Shown in pieces: positions 27,163 through 37,131 of a DNA stretch of 64,000 bases. Both the position numbers and the translations under genes were made by a program. The notes under the pieces were generated by a model, which saw only the letters and a program-made list of their open reading frames with translations, did no database searches and was not told the origin of the DNA. Where the stretch lies: IMG/VR virus record IMGVR_UViG_3300021399_000166, positions 1,034-65,033 of that record; one strand, given 5' to 3'. The stretch comes from a virus. Its lineage: Duplodnaviria; Caudoviricetes. The first letter of the stretch is position 1. Each line of letters opens with the position of its first letter.

Positions 27163-30100
27163 ATGGCAGACGAGAAAATACATACAAGCAATGGACAAAT
27201 TGCACGACAGTGTAATCGTATCATATATATTGAACCGAATGATGTATATGACAGTGATTGTGGTAACAAACAGATTGGAGAAACCTTAACACCAAAATAT
27301 GAGGATTTCTGTATATCATTCAATCTTATTATTGAACAGTTTCAACGTTTTAAGTCAGAAGGTACGGCTTCTTCTAAAAATAACGAGGATAATGAAACTA
27401 AGACATATTCTATTGAATGGGGTTTAACACAGGAAGATATGGTAAAAAGAAGAACTTCTGTTTTGCAAGGTGACAGAGGTGAATATATTACCAATCCTGA
27501 CGGTAGTGTTTCTTTCAAGGTTGATGACTATAATTATTTGACAACTTATTTCACTGATTTAAGTTATGATAGTTATTACAAAAAAACTGAAATAGAAGGA
27601 TTAGGTGTTGAGAGTGTACAAATTTCTTATGAAAGTTGGTATACTCCTACTATAGTGATTAAATTTGTAGATGTAAGAGGTTCGTCTTTATTTGGTAGGG
27701 AAGAAGCAATACATGTTGACGAAAAACTTACAGCCGACAATGTCTTTGGTGCTTTTTTCACAATGCCATATCCTTTGTTCAGATTACAAGTCAAGGGTTT
27801 TTTAGGTAAACCTGTGACATATCAATTGACGTGTAGTAGTTTTAAAGGAAACTTTAATTCTCAGACAGGCAATTTTGAGGCTACCGCAACATTTATTGGT
27901 TATTCTTGGTCATTACTTACTGATATACCGTTCGCATATTTGGTTGCTGCACCATATGCTACATATATTGGTAAAGAATATTGGGACAGACATGTAAACA
28001 CAAAAGAATGGGGTTTATGGGATGATGGTGATACAACTGTACCGCCACCAACGTTGAAGGAACTTTTCAGAAATATTGAAAAGGCTGACGAAACATTTGA
28101 AAGTGAATATTCCGCAGCAAGTGCTGAACAAAATGAAATCTTACAGAGTACCAATGCAGAAAAGACATTACTTAATGAAATTAACACAAGTCTTGACAAA
28201 TTCATTAATTCATTAGAAGGTAATGTCGGGGGTAATTATATAACAGCAAAAGATGACGAGCAAAAGAAAGAACAAATATTATTGTTTCATAGTGCCAATA
28301 ATCTCAAAGTAAGTCAGGAAACAATAACATTGTATGATAAATTTTACGAAAAACTGACGGAATATTGTAATACATATACAAGTAGTGGTATTTCTAAGGA
28401 TAAAGCACCGAACAAGTGGACTGCTTGTCCCAAGGATTTAACATTTTATAAGACATTTAATGTCAACGTAAATGCTAACACAGGCAATGTCACTTCTATA
28501 AGTTTATCGTCAAACAAGCAAGTTACAATTGAAAACATACAAAAAATAACAGTTTCCCAAAGCAGTAAGTTTAAGATTTCAAAGGCGTTGGCACAAGTAA
28601 TTCGTGACAATATAAATGGTGAAAGTAAAAGTAATTTTTTCAAGAACAACGCTTCACTTATTGATTTGAGTGATTTAAGAAGTCTTATAACTGACAGAAT
28701 AAAGACATTAAACAAACAAGAAAGTGATGTAGTACAACAAGTAGAAGAAAAGGTTAACTATGAAGTTAAAAAAATATTACATTTCAAGCCATTTATAGGT
28801 AACATTTTCAAAATCATATTTTGTCATCTTGAAACTTTTGTACACATTATGAAAGACTCTGCAAGAGAGATAAAAGCACAAGCAGAAACAGGTCAACGTT
28901 CGCCTGATTATCTTGGCATACATGACTTGACAAATACCGACCAATTAAATGTGTCAAAGGATGTCACACCTTGGCCTGCAATATATGACCGTGGAAAGAA
29001 AACCTCAGAATGTGGTTATGAAACAGAAGAACTTGCTAACCGTTATGGATGGGTTGGTGATATAAGTCATAATTTTATAGAGGAAAAGGTTGTATATGCA
29101 ATACAAGAGGGTATACAAGACCTTGCAATGGCGAGTCAGAAAAATGAACAAGCACAATCTTTTACTGGTTTTCCTATAACGCCTTATGATTTGGCTTACG
29201 GTAAATCACCTTTTACTAATGTTGGAGAAACAAATATATCAGATTTGTCAGGTTATCTTTCCATGCGTGTTGCATCCATTATTGGTGTGTTGTCAGGAAA
29301 TAATATAAGCCCCAATCTTGCGTCTTTATTTGGTAAGATGGATGCCTATAATTTTTATCTTGCCAATGGTTCTTCTTCATCATTGGAAAACATAATAGGT
29401 GATAAGACAAAGGACGACATAAAGGGTATTTCATATTGTGATAATAAATTCGACAAATGGGGTTTTTCAATAAAAGAAGGTACAAATGATAGACATCATA
29501 ATTTCGAGACCGCAAAGAAGATAAAGGACACTTACAATAATCAAAGCAGACATCCAATGTTAAAAAAAGTCAATAATGATAATGTTTTTGTGCATTGGTA
29601 CGATAACAATGGTAATGGATATGTCTCAACTTCTTTGAAAAGATATAGTGATTATAAAGAAGACTTCACTTTTGAAAAAAATGACAAGAAAAACACTTAT
29701 TTTACACCAAAGTTATATAATAATTCAGATGGTACAATAAGTAGTTTTGATTGGATATACAACTGTAATTCAAAGTCATTATCAATATTGAACAATGACA
29801 ATTTAAAATTATATACGAATAAATATATGTTCGATATTGTGACCGAAAGCAATAAAGTGTCGGAAATAATGAACAAATACGACCAGATAAAAGAGGGAAA
29901 CTGTAAAGTTATTGACTATGAGGTAAATGATGATTTCTCAGATTACCTAAACACTTTCATGAAAGTAGGAAAAGAACATACGGCGAAATACTTCAAGGGC
30001 GTATATCATATGTTGAGTGGCAATAAAGCAAAACTTGGCATAAAAGACGATAATCTTTTATCTGATACTTTGGAAGGTAAATCTAAGGTTAAATATGATT

Positions 30101-32754
30101 TCACTTATAACGGATGGGATTTTAGACAAAACACTAAATTAAAAAACGAAGTAGTTGTAAATGAAAAAGGTGATATTTTATTAAATGGTGAAAGTGCAAG
30201 TATTGAAGATTTGACTATACAACAATTTAAGGTTATACATTTCGGTACGGAATGTAATATATTCGGTTGTCCGTTCTATTATTTGCAGAATACACGCCGT
30301 GATAAAGAAGATGATGCTGAGTATAATACAAGAGTATTACATGTAAAGGCAATGTTATTTTTGCACACTTTCAAATATGACTATTATAATACTAATCTTA
30401 ACATCTTTTCAAAAGTCAAAAAGACAGGTGGTTTGGAAGCAGTACCTAAAGGCTATCTATTGTTGATGTCTTCTTTACTTTGGAGACAGAGATACACAAA
30501 AGAACATAACAATGTTGACCCTGTAACGTATCGTTCAATTCCGAACGGAAGTAAATTTGATACTGATTCTGACATATATAAAAATCCCGACATTGATACG
30601 ACATTCTTTGTAAGGGAGAATGTTAACAATAACATATTTTTCAGAACAATTGAGTATGGAAACAAGTCATTCTTTTACAATTATAAAGTAAAAGAATTGT
30701 TTGGAGGTTTGGAAACCATAGATTATAACATTGAAAACCAACTTATTGATTTGTTTGAAGATTTTGTGAATAACATATTTTCAAAAATCAGTAGCCAATA
30801 TGAAATAAAAGACCAAATAAGTACTAACGTTGTTAAACAATACACTTCAGGTAAATTAAAGTTTGATATAGAAAGTTTATATAAACATGTTCAGAATATC
30901 AAGAATAAAAAGGAAACAAGTGTTACCTTTGAAGGATGGCTCAGAAATCAGGGTTTGCATGGATGGGTAGGACATTATTCGGCATTAAACGTTGATACAA
31001 CAAAAAATATCAAAAAACAAGGTTTAAAGATGCTATTTAATGAGAATGACACAGATTCACAAAATCTTTTCAAGGATTTGTATTTGGGTACATATATTAT
31101 AGCAGATAGTTGTTCACGCCGAATGACAAAAAGCGATTTCAAATCAGAAATAAAGGTTAACGACAGACTCTATGAATCATATATAAACGGGTTTATGGAG
31201 GCTACTAAAAACATAACTGATAAAAATTCAGTAAATACGGGTGGTGACAATAATATGTTTGTCTCTCCTGAAACATTGCAGAACCGTGATTTAAGTCTTG
31301 CTGTATATTATTATCTCAAAAACTTGTGGGATAAATGGTTAGTTATTTCCAAGGATGATGCTTTCGATGTAAAAAATTATTTTAATCCGAATTTCATATT
31401 TATTGATTCATTCTATTTTAATACTTTCCATCATTTGGCAATTAATTGCCAGACACTTTTACGTGCTTGGCAAGAACTGGCTGACAATGCGTCACTTTTT
31501 AACTTTCTCAGCAGACTTGTTTCTGACCATGACTGTATGATGTTGCCTGTACCTGATTATATTGGTTTTAACGGTAAATCACAAAAACAAGATATTGAAA
31601 TGATGGAAAATCTTTTCAGACCATTGTCTTATAATGCGATGGAAGCCCCATCTAATAGTAACAAGTTCGTGGTAATGTATACTTATCGTCCTTCTTCCAA
31701 TTGTAGTGAAGATAATGGTTACAGAGTAGACCATTATGACATCTGGTCACATGGAAAATTCACAAAAGAGGCAGAACAACTTTTTGGTTTTAAAACAACA
31801 AACAGTGTTGATTTTGACAGAGATAAAGATTTTGCTACAAAAGAAGGATATAACGTGCCATCCTTTGGTATTGCATTTAGTAGGCAGAATAATCATATAT
31901 TCAAAAATATCAATGCGTCAATGGACAATCCTGTAATGACGGAACAGGCAATTAAAGCGCAGTATAATATTGCCAAACAATATGGTAGTGACAAAAAGGT
32001 TTGTTTCATTGGACAAGATACTTTTAACATATTTAGTAATTATTCATATTCAGTGACGGTTGAAATGATGGGTAACGCCCAAATATGTCCTTTGATGTAT
32101 TTCCAACTCCTAAACATACCACTATGGAGGGGTACGTATATGATTTATAAAGTAAGTCATAATATGACCGCAGGAAATATGACCACGACATTTACGGGCA
32201 TGAAAATGAATAAGTATGCACAACCGTTCAATACAAAGTTCTTTATTTATAATAAAACAAGGACAGATAAGAGTGAACCGTCTGACAACAGTAGCAGTTG
32301 TGACGAAAATGTTGGTAAGGGAATTACAACAGTGCCTGATTCTGTATTTATTAAAGAATGTCCGAAAGAATGGAATTATAAACAAACCTGTAAATGGTTA
32401 CAAAAAAATACATATGACTGTAGTCATCATAAATGTGCTACTTGGGTAAGAAGAGGACTTGAAAAAGGTGGTTTAAATACAGATGGAAGACCAACGTATG
32501 CATGGCGTTATGTAAACTATCTTCCAAAGATAGGTTTCAAGGAGATTGCGACCATAATTAACGGAAACATTGGTTCATATAAACCTGAACCAGGCGATAT
32601 TGCAACATATATGAAACATAATAACCCTGATGAATATGGTCATATATGTTTATATACGGGTGTACAGTGGTGTTCAGATTTCAGACAAAATAATATGGAT
32701 GTGTATGATTCGACTGATAAAATACATATTTTTAGATTTAATAAATTATTATAA
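27163..32754 (+). CDS. Large baseplate hub/tail-associated protein with C-terminal CHAP/NlpC-P60-like amidase
   Basis: N-terminal G..SVQI.Y....P...IKFVDVRG..LF; hub-like VEMMGNA.I.PLMYFQL.NIP..RG.Y.I..V.H; C-terminal CA.WVR.GL..PGDI..GH.....G..W.SDF.Q. Confidence 0.7.
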   Translation: MADEKIHTSNGQIARQCNRIIYIEPNDVYDSDCGNKQIGETLTPKYEDFCISFNLIIEQFQRFKSEGTASSKNNEDNETKTYSIEWGLTQEDMVKRRTSVLQGDRGEYITNPDGSVSFKVDDYNYLTTYFTDLSYDSYYKKTEIEGLGVESVQISYESWYTPTIVIKFVDVRGSSLFGREEAIHVDEKLTADNVFGAFFTMPYPLFRLQVKGFLGKPVTYQLTCSSFKGNFNSQTGNFEATATFIGYSWSLLTDIPFAYLVAAPYATYIGKEYWDRHVNTKEWGLWDDGDTTVPPPTLKELFRNIEKADETFESEYSAASAEQNEILQSTNAEKTLLNEINTSLDKFINSLEGNVGGNYITAKDDEQKKEQILLFHSANNLKVSQETITLYDKFYEKLTEYCNTYTSSGISKDKAPNKWTACPKDLTFYKTFNVNVNANTGNVTSISLSSNKQVTIENIQKITVSQSSKFKISKALAQVIRDNINGESKSNFFKNNASLIDLSDLRSLITDRIKTLNKQESDVVQQVEEKVNYEVKKILHFKPFIGNIFKIIFCHLETFVHIMKDSAREIKAQAETGQRSPDYLGIHDLTNTDQLNVSKDVTPWPAIYDRGKKTSECGYETEELANRYGWVGDISHNFIEEKVVYAIQEGIQDLAMASQKNEQAQSFTGFPITPYDLAYGKSPFTNVGETNISDLSGYLSMRVASIIGVLSGNNISPNLASLFGKMDAYNFYLANGSSSSLENIIGDKTKDDIKGISYCDNKFDKWGFSIKEGTNDRHHNFETAKKIKDTYNNQSRHPMLKKVNNDNVFVHWYDNNGNGYVSTSLKRYSDYKEDFTFEKNDKKNTYFTPKLYNNSDGTISSFDWIYNCNSKSLSILNNDNLKLYTNKYMFDIVTESNKVSEIMNKYDQIKEGNCKVIDYEVNDDFSDYLNTFMKVGKEHTAKYFKGVYHMLSGNKAKLGIKDDNLLSDTLEGKSKVKYDFTYNGWDFRQNTKLKNEVVVNEKGDILLNGESASIEDLTIQQFKVIHFGTECNIFGCPFYYLQNTRRDKEDDAEYNTRVLHVKAMLFLHTFKYDYYNTNLNIFSKVKKTGGLEAVPKGYLLLMSSLLWRQRYTKEHNNVDPVTYRSIPNGSKFDTDSDIYKNPDIDTTFFVRENVNNNIFFRTIEYGNKSFFYNYKVKELFGGLETIDYNIENQLIDLFEDFVNNIFSKISSQYEIKDQISTNVVKQYTSGKLKFDIESLYKHVQNIKNKKETSVTFEGWLRNQGLHGWVGHYSALNVDTTKNIKKQGLKMLFNENDTDSQNLFKDLYLGTYIIADSCSRRMTKSDFKSEIKVNDRLYESYINGFMEATKNITDKNSVNTGGDNNMFVSPETLQNRDLSLAVYYYLKNLWDKWLVISKDDAFDVKNYFNPNFIFIDSFYFNTFHHLAINCQTLLRAWQELADNASLFNFLSRLVSDHDCMMLPVPDYIGFNGKSQKQDIEMMENLFRPLSYNAMEAPSNSNKFVVMYTYRPSSNCSEDNGYRVDHYDIWSHGKFTKEAEQLFGFKTTNSVDFDRDKDFATKEGYNVPSFGIAFSRQNNHIFKNINASMDNPVMTEQAIKAQYNIAKQYGSDKKVCFIGQDTFNIFSNYSYSVTVEMMGNAQICPLMYFQLLNIPLWRGTYMIYKVSHNMTAGNMTTTFTGMKMNKYAQPFNTKFFIYNKTRTDKSEPSDNSSSCDENVGKGITTVPDSVFIKECPKEWNYKQTCKWLQKNTYDCSHHKCATWVRRGLEKGGLNTDGRPTYAWRYVNYLPKIGFKEIATIINGNIGSYKPEPGDIATYMKHNNPDEYGHICLYTGVQWCSDFRQNNMDVYDSTDKIHIFRFNKLL

Positions 32755-32765
32755 ATAACTAAAAA

Positions 32766-33302
32766 ATGGCTTGTTATACAGAAAAAGCGAGTTTGACTGC
32801 AACAGACCCGAAGTGGAAATCTTCAGGCAAACTCACACAAGAATTGATTGCGTGTATGAAGAAACACGCTCAAAACTTTGGTATTGATTGGAAATGGCTT
32901 GCAGCACTAAGCAATGCCGAAAGTACGTGGAATGTTCGCAATCCAATAAATGATAAAGGTTTTGGTGGTTTGTTTGCGTATAATGCAAGTTATATGTATC
33001 CTGAACATAATAATGTATTTAGTTATGACGACCAAACGTACTGTGCGGCTAAAGATATGAAAAGGAGATTAAAAGATGCCAAAGATAATTATAATATGAC
33101 AGGTGAAGAAGCATATCTTTATGCTTGCATAGCACATAATATGGGTGATGGGGGTGTTAAAAGTGTGATGAAAGACACACAACCAAAGACGATACAATCA
33201 CTAATTAATACTATGAAAAAGAAAAACAAGCCAATTGAAAATAGAAGGCATCCTTTACATTGTAAAACAGCATATGATTATGTTGTTAAAAATTATAAAT
33301 AA
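32766..33302 (+). CDS. Lytic transglycosylase (SLT-like)
   Basis: W..LAAL...ES.WN, G..GLF, A.HN.G.G.V. Confidence 0.7.
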   Translation: MACYTEKASLTATDPKWKSSGKLTQELIACMKKHAQNFGIDWKWLAALSNAESTWNVRNPINDKGFGGLFAYNASYMYPEHNNVFSYDDQTYCAAKDMKRRLKDAKDNYNMTGEEAYLYACIAHNMGDGGVKSVMKDTQPKTIQSLINTMKKKNKPIENRRHPLHCKTAYDYVVKNYK

Positions 33303-33303
33303 T

Positions 33304-33336
33304 TTTGTTTATTAGAATTTTTGTAGTATATTTGCA
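33304..33336 (+). promoter_or_regulatory. Bacteroidota sigmaA-type promoter
   Basis: TTTG at 33304 and TATATTTGCA at 33327-33336. Confidence 0.7.
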
Positions 33337-33363
33337 TCTAAAAACAATTTATTATATAAAATC

Positions 33364-33981
33364 ATGAAAAAATTCATAGGTAATATTGTCGTAAATGCGG
33401 AAGACATGAAAGTGGAAAAATGTTATAAAAAATGTATGTCACTAACGGAAATTGACAAGGATGTGCCCACTTTGATTATCGGGTTGCAGAATGCTAAGAA
33501 TAATATTGTGGGTTTTAACATTCTTGTAAAGACGTATGAAGATAATAAAATATGGTGGACATTTAACCGTAATGAAAGAAGAATTGATTATGTAAATGAT
33601 TTGAAAGCATTTTACGAATGTTGCATACATAATATTATAGACAAGTTGGAATACAAATTTATCAATACGAATGAATTGTCAATAAGTGATATAAAAACAC
33701 TAATTAAAAAACTTAACAATAATTCAAAAAAAATATATTATATTGATAATAATAAGTTTGTGTTTGTGTATGATATAGAAGACACAAAGAAAATCTATGG
33801 TATATCATTGAATACTTGTGCATTTTTTGGAGTAAGCAGGGGAAAAATAAAAAGATTGTTTGCTTCAGCCAAAAATTGTTATAAAATTTCAAATTTTTAT
33901 TCGATACCCAAAGAAGTGAAAAAAATAATTAACTTTGAGATACCTTACGAATTAATGCTTTATGATATTTTTTGTGACTAA
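33364..33981 (+). CDS. Hypothetical protein
   Basis: 205-aa ORF with its own promoter. Confidence 0.7.
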   Translation: MKKFIGNIVVNAEDMKVEKCYKKCMSLTEIDKDVPTLIIGLQNAKNNIVGFNILVKTYEDNKIWWTFNRNERRIDYVNDLKAFYECCIHNIIDKLEYKFINTNELSISDIKTLIKKLNNNSKKIYYIDNNKFVFVYDIEDTKKIYGISLNTCAFFGVSRGKIKRLFASAKNCYKISNFYSIPKEVKKIINFEIPYELMLYDIFCD

Positions 33982-34023
33982 CAGACTATTTATACAATAA
34001 ATACTTATGTTTAAATAATAACT

Positions 34024-34326
34024 ATGGTGAGAAGGATTATTGGTAAGAATATCATAACAAAACACATAAGACAGTTTTCTCAAAAGAAAGACAATAATGC
34101 AGATAATACTGTATTTGTAAAAGAAGAAAAAACCGTCAAGGAAAATAAAGAGAAAAAAGAAAAAGATATGGCAGACGAAAGACTTAAGAAAATAGAAGCA
34201 ATTGTAGGTGAGAAAGCACCGAAGCGTAAGGTAAAGGTCGAAAAGAAAGATAAGGGACTGTTTGAAAGAACAGAGAACAGTGTTACTGTATTGACTGAGG
34301 ACAATAAAATGCTTTTGAACGACTAA
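34024..34326 (+). CDS. Hypothetical basic protein
   Basis: 100-aa Lys/Glu-rich ORF after a CTATTTAT motif. Confidence 0.6.
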   Translation: MVRRIIGKNIITKHIRQFSQKKDNNADNTVFVKEEKTVKENKEKKEKDMADERLKKIEAIVGEKAPKRKVKVEKKDKGLFERTENSVTVLTEDNKMLLND

Positions 34327-34328
34327 TA

Positions 34329-35198
34329 ATGGATAAAGAATTTATCGAGAAAAACCATCTTTCTGAGGCAGTAAAACGTTTTAATGATATTGCGGAATAT
34401 AAGTCTCCGAAACAGTCATTAAAGAATTTGTATGAATATACGTTTATTACTGCACCACAGATAAATGAAGATGGTGAAGAAGAAAACACACCAGACGACC
34501 AACAGCAACCAACCGACACACAAGCGGGTATGGGACAACAGCCAACGGATAATAGTCAGGGAATGGACATGCAACAGCCACAGACAGACAATACAACTGG
34601 TGGAGACCCTTATATGGATTCTAATGGTGATGGCGGTGCAGATACGGGTGCAGACATGAGTGGGGCAATGGATAACCAAAACAACATGGGTGAAGAAGAC
34701 CCAAATATGGAAGATTTTGATGAACCACAAACGGAAGATGATGTTGAAACCGAAGAAATGGAAGCCGACGACGAGGTGATTGATGTTGATGACTTGACAC
34801 AATCGCAAGAAGCCACGGAATATAAAATTGACGGTGTGGATGACAGACTTGCCAAAATTTATGCTCTTGCTCAGAAATTTGCGAATCAATTGGAAAAGAA
34901 TGAGGAAAGTATAAATGCTTTAAAGACGGAATTTGAAAAACGTAATCCAACTGAAGAGGAAAGATTAAATATACGTTCACAGTCTTCTTATCCTTATTCT
35001 GAGACCCCAAAGGGTTATTGGGCAGAGAAAATGAAGGAAAATCCACATTACAATGTAATGTATGATAATGAAGTTGCTCCTTCAGAAGAAGAAAAAAAAT
35101 TTGAAATAAAGAAATCAGATATTGATGGTTTAAATATGAAAGAGATTGCAGATTCTTTGGATATTGACCAAAATTTAAATGATTATCTTAAATTTTAA
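34329..35198 (+). CDS. Acidic low-complexity protein (possible scaffold/core protein)
   Basis: Q/D/M-rich disordered centre, coiled-coil-like segment, LSE/LYE/INE motifs. Confidence 0.6.
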   Translation: MDKEFIEKNHLSEAVKRFNDIAEYKSPKQSLKNLYEYTFITAPQINEDGEEENTPDDQQQPTDTQAGMGQQPTDNSQGMDMQQPQTDNTTGGDPYMDSNGDGGADTGADMSGAMDNQNNMGEEDPNMEDFDEPQTEDDVETEEMEADDEVIDVDDLTQSQEATEYKIDGVDDRLAKIYALAQKFANQLEKNEESINALKTEFEKRNPTEEERLNIRSQSSYPYSETPKGYWAEKMKENPHYNVMYDNEVAPSEEEKKFEIKKSDIDGLNMKEIADSLDIDQNLNDYLKF

Positions 35199-35226
35199 TT
35201 AAAAAACTCATTTTGAAGATATTTAT

Positions 35227-35266
35227 ATGCAGAGGAACAAAAAAATAGTCTCTCTGCATGTTTTTT
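35227..35266 (+). terminator. Intrinsic terminator
   Basis: ATGCAGAG...CTCTGCAT then TTTTTT. Confidence 0.6.
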
Positions 35267-35277
35267 ATGTAAAAAAA

Positions 35278-35311
35278 TTTGGAAAACTGGATTTTTTGTA
35301 TTAATTTTACA
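35278..35311 (+). promoter_or_regulatory. sigmaA-type promoter for SSB
   Basis: TTTGG...TATTAATTTTACA. Confidence 0.6.
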
Positions 35312-35354
35312 AATGTTAAATGTATTAAAATAAAATTAAAAATATTAATGTAAA

Positions 35355-36383
35355 ATGAGTGAATTAAAGTATTCAGCAGTTAATGTAGATGCAAAGGCAT
35401 TAGAGGAACAGAATGAAAATTTGAAGAAGCCAAAGAATGATTTTCAGATTTCTAAAAAATTAAGTTTTGACCCCAAGAATTATTTGGATTTAAAATTACA
35501 GGAACATGAAGCAACCAAAAGGGTAAGAGTTAGATTTTTACCGATTTCTTCAACAGACAGTACAGTCTTTTTTGATATTACAACCCATGCACTGAAAGTT
35601 GATAAGGAAATTGCGAGAAGTGGTTTTAAATCTTATGTTTGTTTGAATGACAAGAATGTCAACAGTGAAGAGGAATGTCCAATCTGTAAAAAATCAAAAG
35701 AACTTTTTGACAAATCCGCAGAAGCAAGGAAGAATGGCAATGACGCACTTTCTAAGTCATTGTTCAAGGAGGCTTGTTCCCTAAAGAAAAAGAGAACTTT
35801 CATTGCCCGTGTCATTGACCGTGACCATGAAGACGAAGGTGTTAAGTTTTGGCGTTTTAATGAAAATTCCAAAGGCGAGGGCATCTATGACAAACTTATG
35901 AGTTTGTATAATACCCGTAAGCAAGAGTCAATCGAAGACGGCGATGGTGAATATAATATTTTTGATTTGTATGAAGGTAAGGATATTATAATCAATGTTG
36001 TAAAGTCACAGATACCTGATGGCTTCGGTGGAATGAAAGATACAATTGCATACAATATCACGGACAGCGGTAATAAGAAACCATTGTCAGAAGACGTTGA
36101 GAAAGCAAATGGATGGCTCACAGACCCGAAGACTTGGAAGGATGTTTATAGCAATAAGACCGCAGATTACCTTGAACTTGTCGTCAACGGAAAAATACCT
36201 GTCTATAATAAGGAATTAGGCAAATACGTAGAAAAGACAGAAAGTGACGCACAGGCACAAAAGGCACAAGAGGAAGCTGCAAGTGAAATTCTTCAGCAGA
36301 ACTATAATACATCTTCACAGAAGTCAAACGAAATCGTAAATAATGACGTTTCCGTTAATGACGATGTTGAACTTCCTTTCTAA
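35355..36383 (+). CDS. Single-stranded DNA-binding protein (T4 gp32-like)
   Basis: VRFLP, H...C..CPIC Zn site, F.ARVIDR..EDEGVKFWRF, acidic DDVELPF tail. Confidence 0.85.
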   Translation: MSELKYSAVNVDAKALEEQNENLKKPKNDFQISKKLSFDPKNYLDLKLQEHEATKRVRVRFLPISSTDSTVFFDITTHALKVDKEIARSGFKSYVCLNDKNVNSEEECPICKKSKELFDKSAEARKNGNDALSKSLFKEACSLKKKRTFIARVIDRDHEDEGVKFWRFNENSKGEGIYDKLMSLYNTRKQESIEDGDGEYNIFDLYEGKDIIINVVKSQIPDGFGGMKDTIAYNITDSGNKKPLSEDVEKANGWLTDPKTWKDVYSNKTADYLELVVNGKIPVYNKELGKYVEKTESDAQAQKAQEEAASEILQQNYNTSSQKSNEIVNNDVSVNDDVELPF

Positions 36384-36456
36384 ATTCTAAACAATAACAT
36401 ATCCTACATGAATTGTAATGTAGGATATGCATTTACTAACAGATAAATTTTATATT

Positions 36457-37089
36457 ATGGCAAAATTACGTTATGTTTATTCTCCAATGGAAGGAGGCAA
36501 AAGTGCTTTGCTTATAATGGAGGCAAATAATTTTGAAAAAAGAAACATAGGTTTTCTATGTATGAAACCTTCCATTGATACAAGAGAAAGTAATGACAAA
36601 ATACATTCAAGATTAGGTATTGAAAAAGAATGTCTTACAATTTATCCAAACTATAACATTTATAATATTATAGAGAAAATAATTAATGACAAAGAGTCAA
36701 ACAATCCACCGCTTCAATGGTTGTTGATAGATGAAAGTCAGTTTCTCACTTCAAACCAAGTTGACCAACTACGTATGTTGGTTGATAACTTTGATATAAA
36801 CGTGCTATGTTATGGTCTGAGAACAGATTTCCGCACATATTGCTTTGAAGGTTCAAAACGTTTGTTTGAATTGGCAGATGATATTGAAGAAATGAAAATA
36901 TCCTGCTCTTGTGGCAGAAAGGCTATAATAAATGCTCGTTTCAACAGTAACGGTGAAATAGTAACAAACGGAGAACAGGTGCTGATTGGTGGAGAAGAAA
37001 CATATCGTCCAGTATGCAGTAAATGCTATTTAGAAGAAATTAAAAAGGCTACCTTGAATAATATACCTTATGCAAATTGTCAAGGCTAA
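36457..37089 (+). CDS. tdk: Thymidine kinase
   Basis: MAKL..Y.PM.GGKS, KP.IDTR, IDESQFL, YGLRTDF, C.CG..A, Y..VC..C; start moved to the MAKL ATG. Confidence 0.93.
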   Translation: MAKLRYVYSPMEGGKSALLIMEANNFEKRNIGFLCMKPSIDTRESNDKIHSRLGIEKECLTIYPNYNIYNIIEKIINDKESNNPPLQWLLIDESQFLTSNQVDQLRMLVDNFDINVLCYGLRTDFRTYCFEGSKRLFELADDIEEMKISCSCGRKAIINARFNSNGEIVTNGEQVLIGGEETYRPVCSKCYLEEIKKATLNNIPYANCQG

Positions 37090-37131
37090 TTCAATGTAAA
37101 ATATATTTATTAATTTTAAAATTTTTTTCAT

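Noticed and set aside
36398-36429. Long perfect hairpin between SSB and tdk called as a terminator
   Set aside because: It lacks a U-tract; it may be a processing or stability element, but there is no further evidence.
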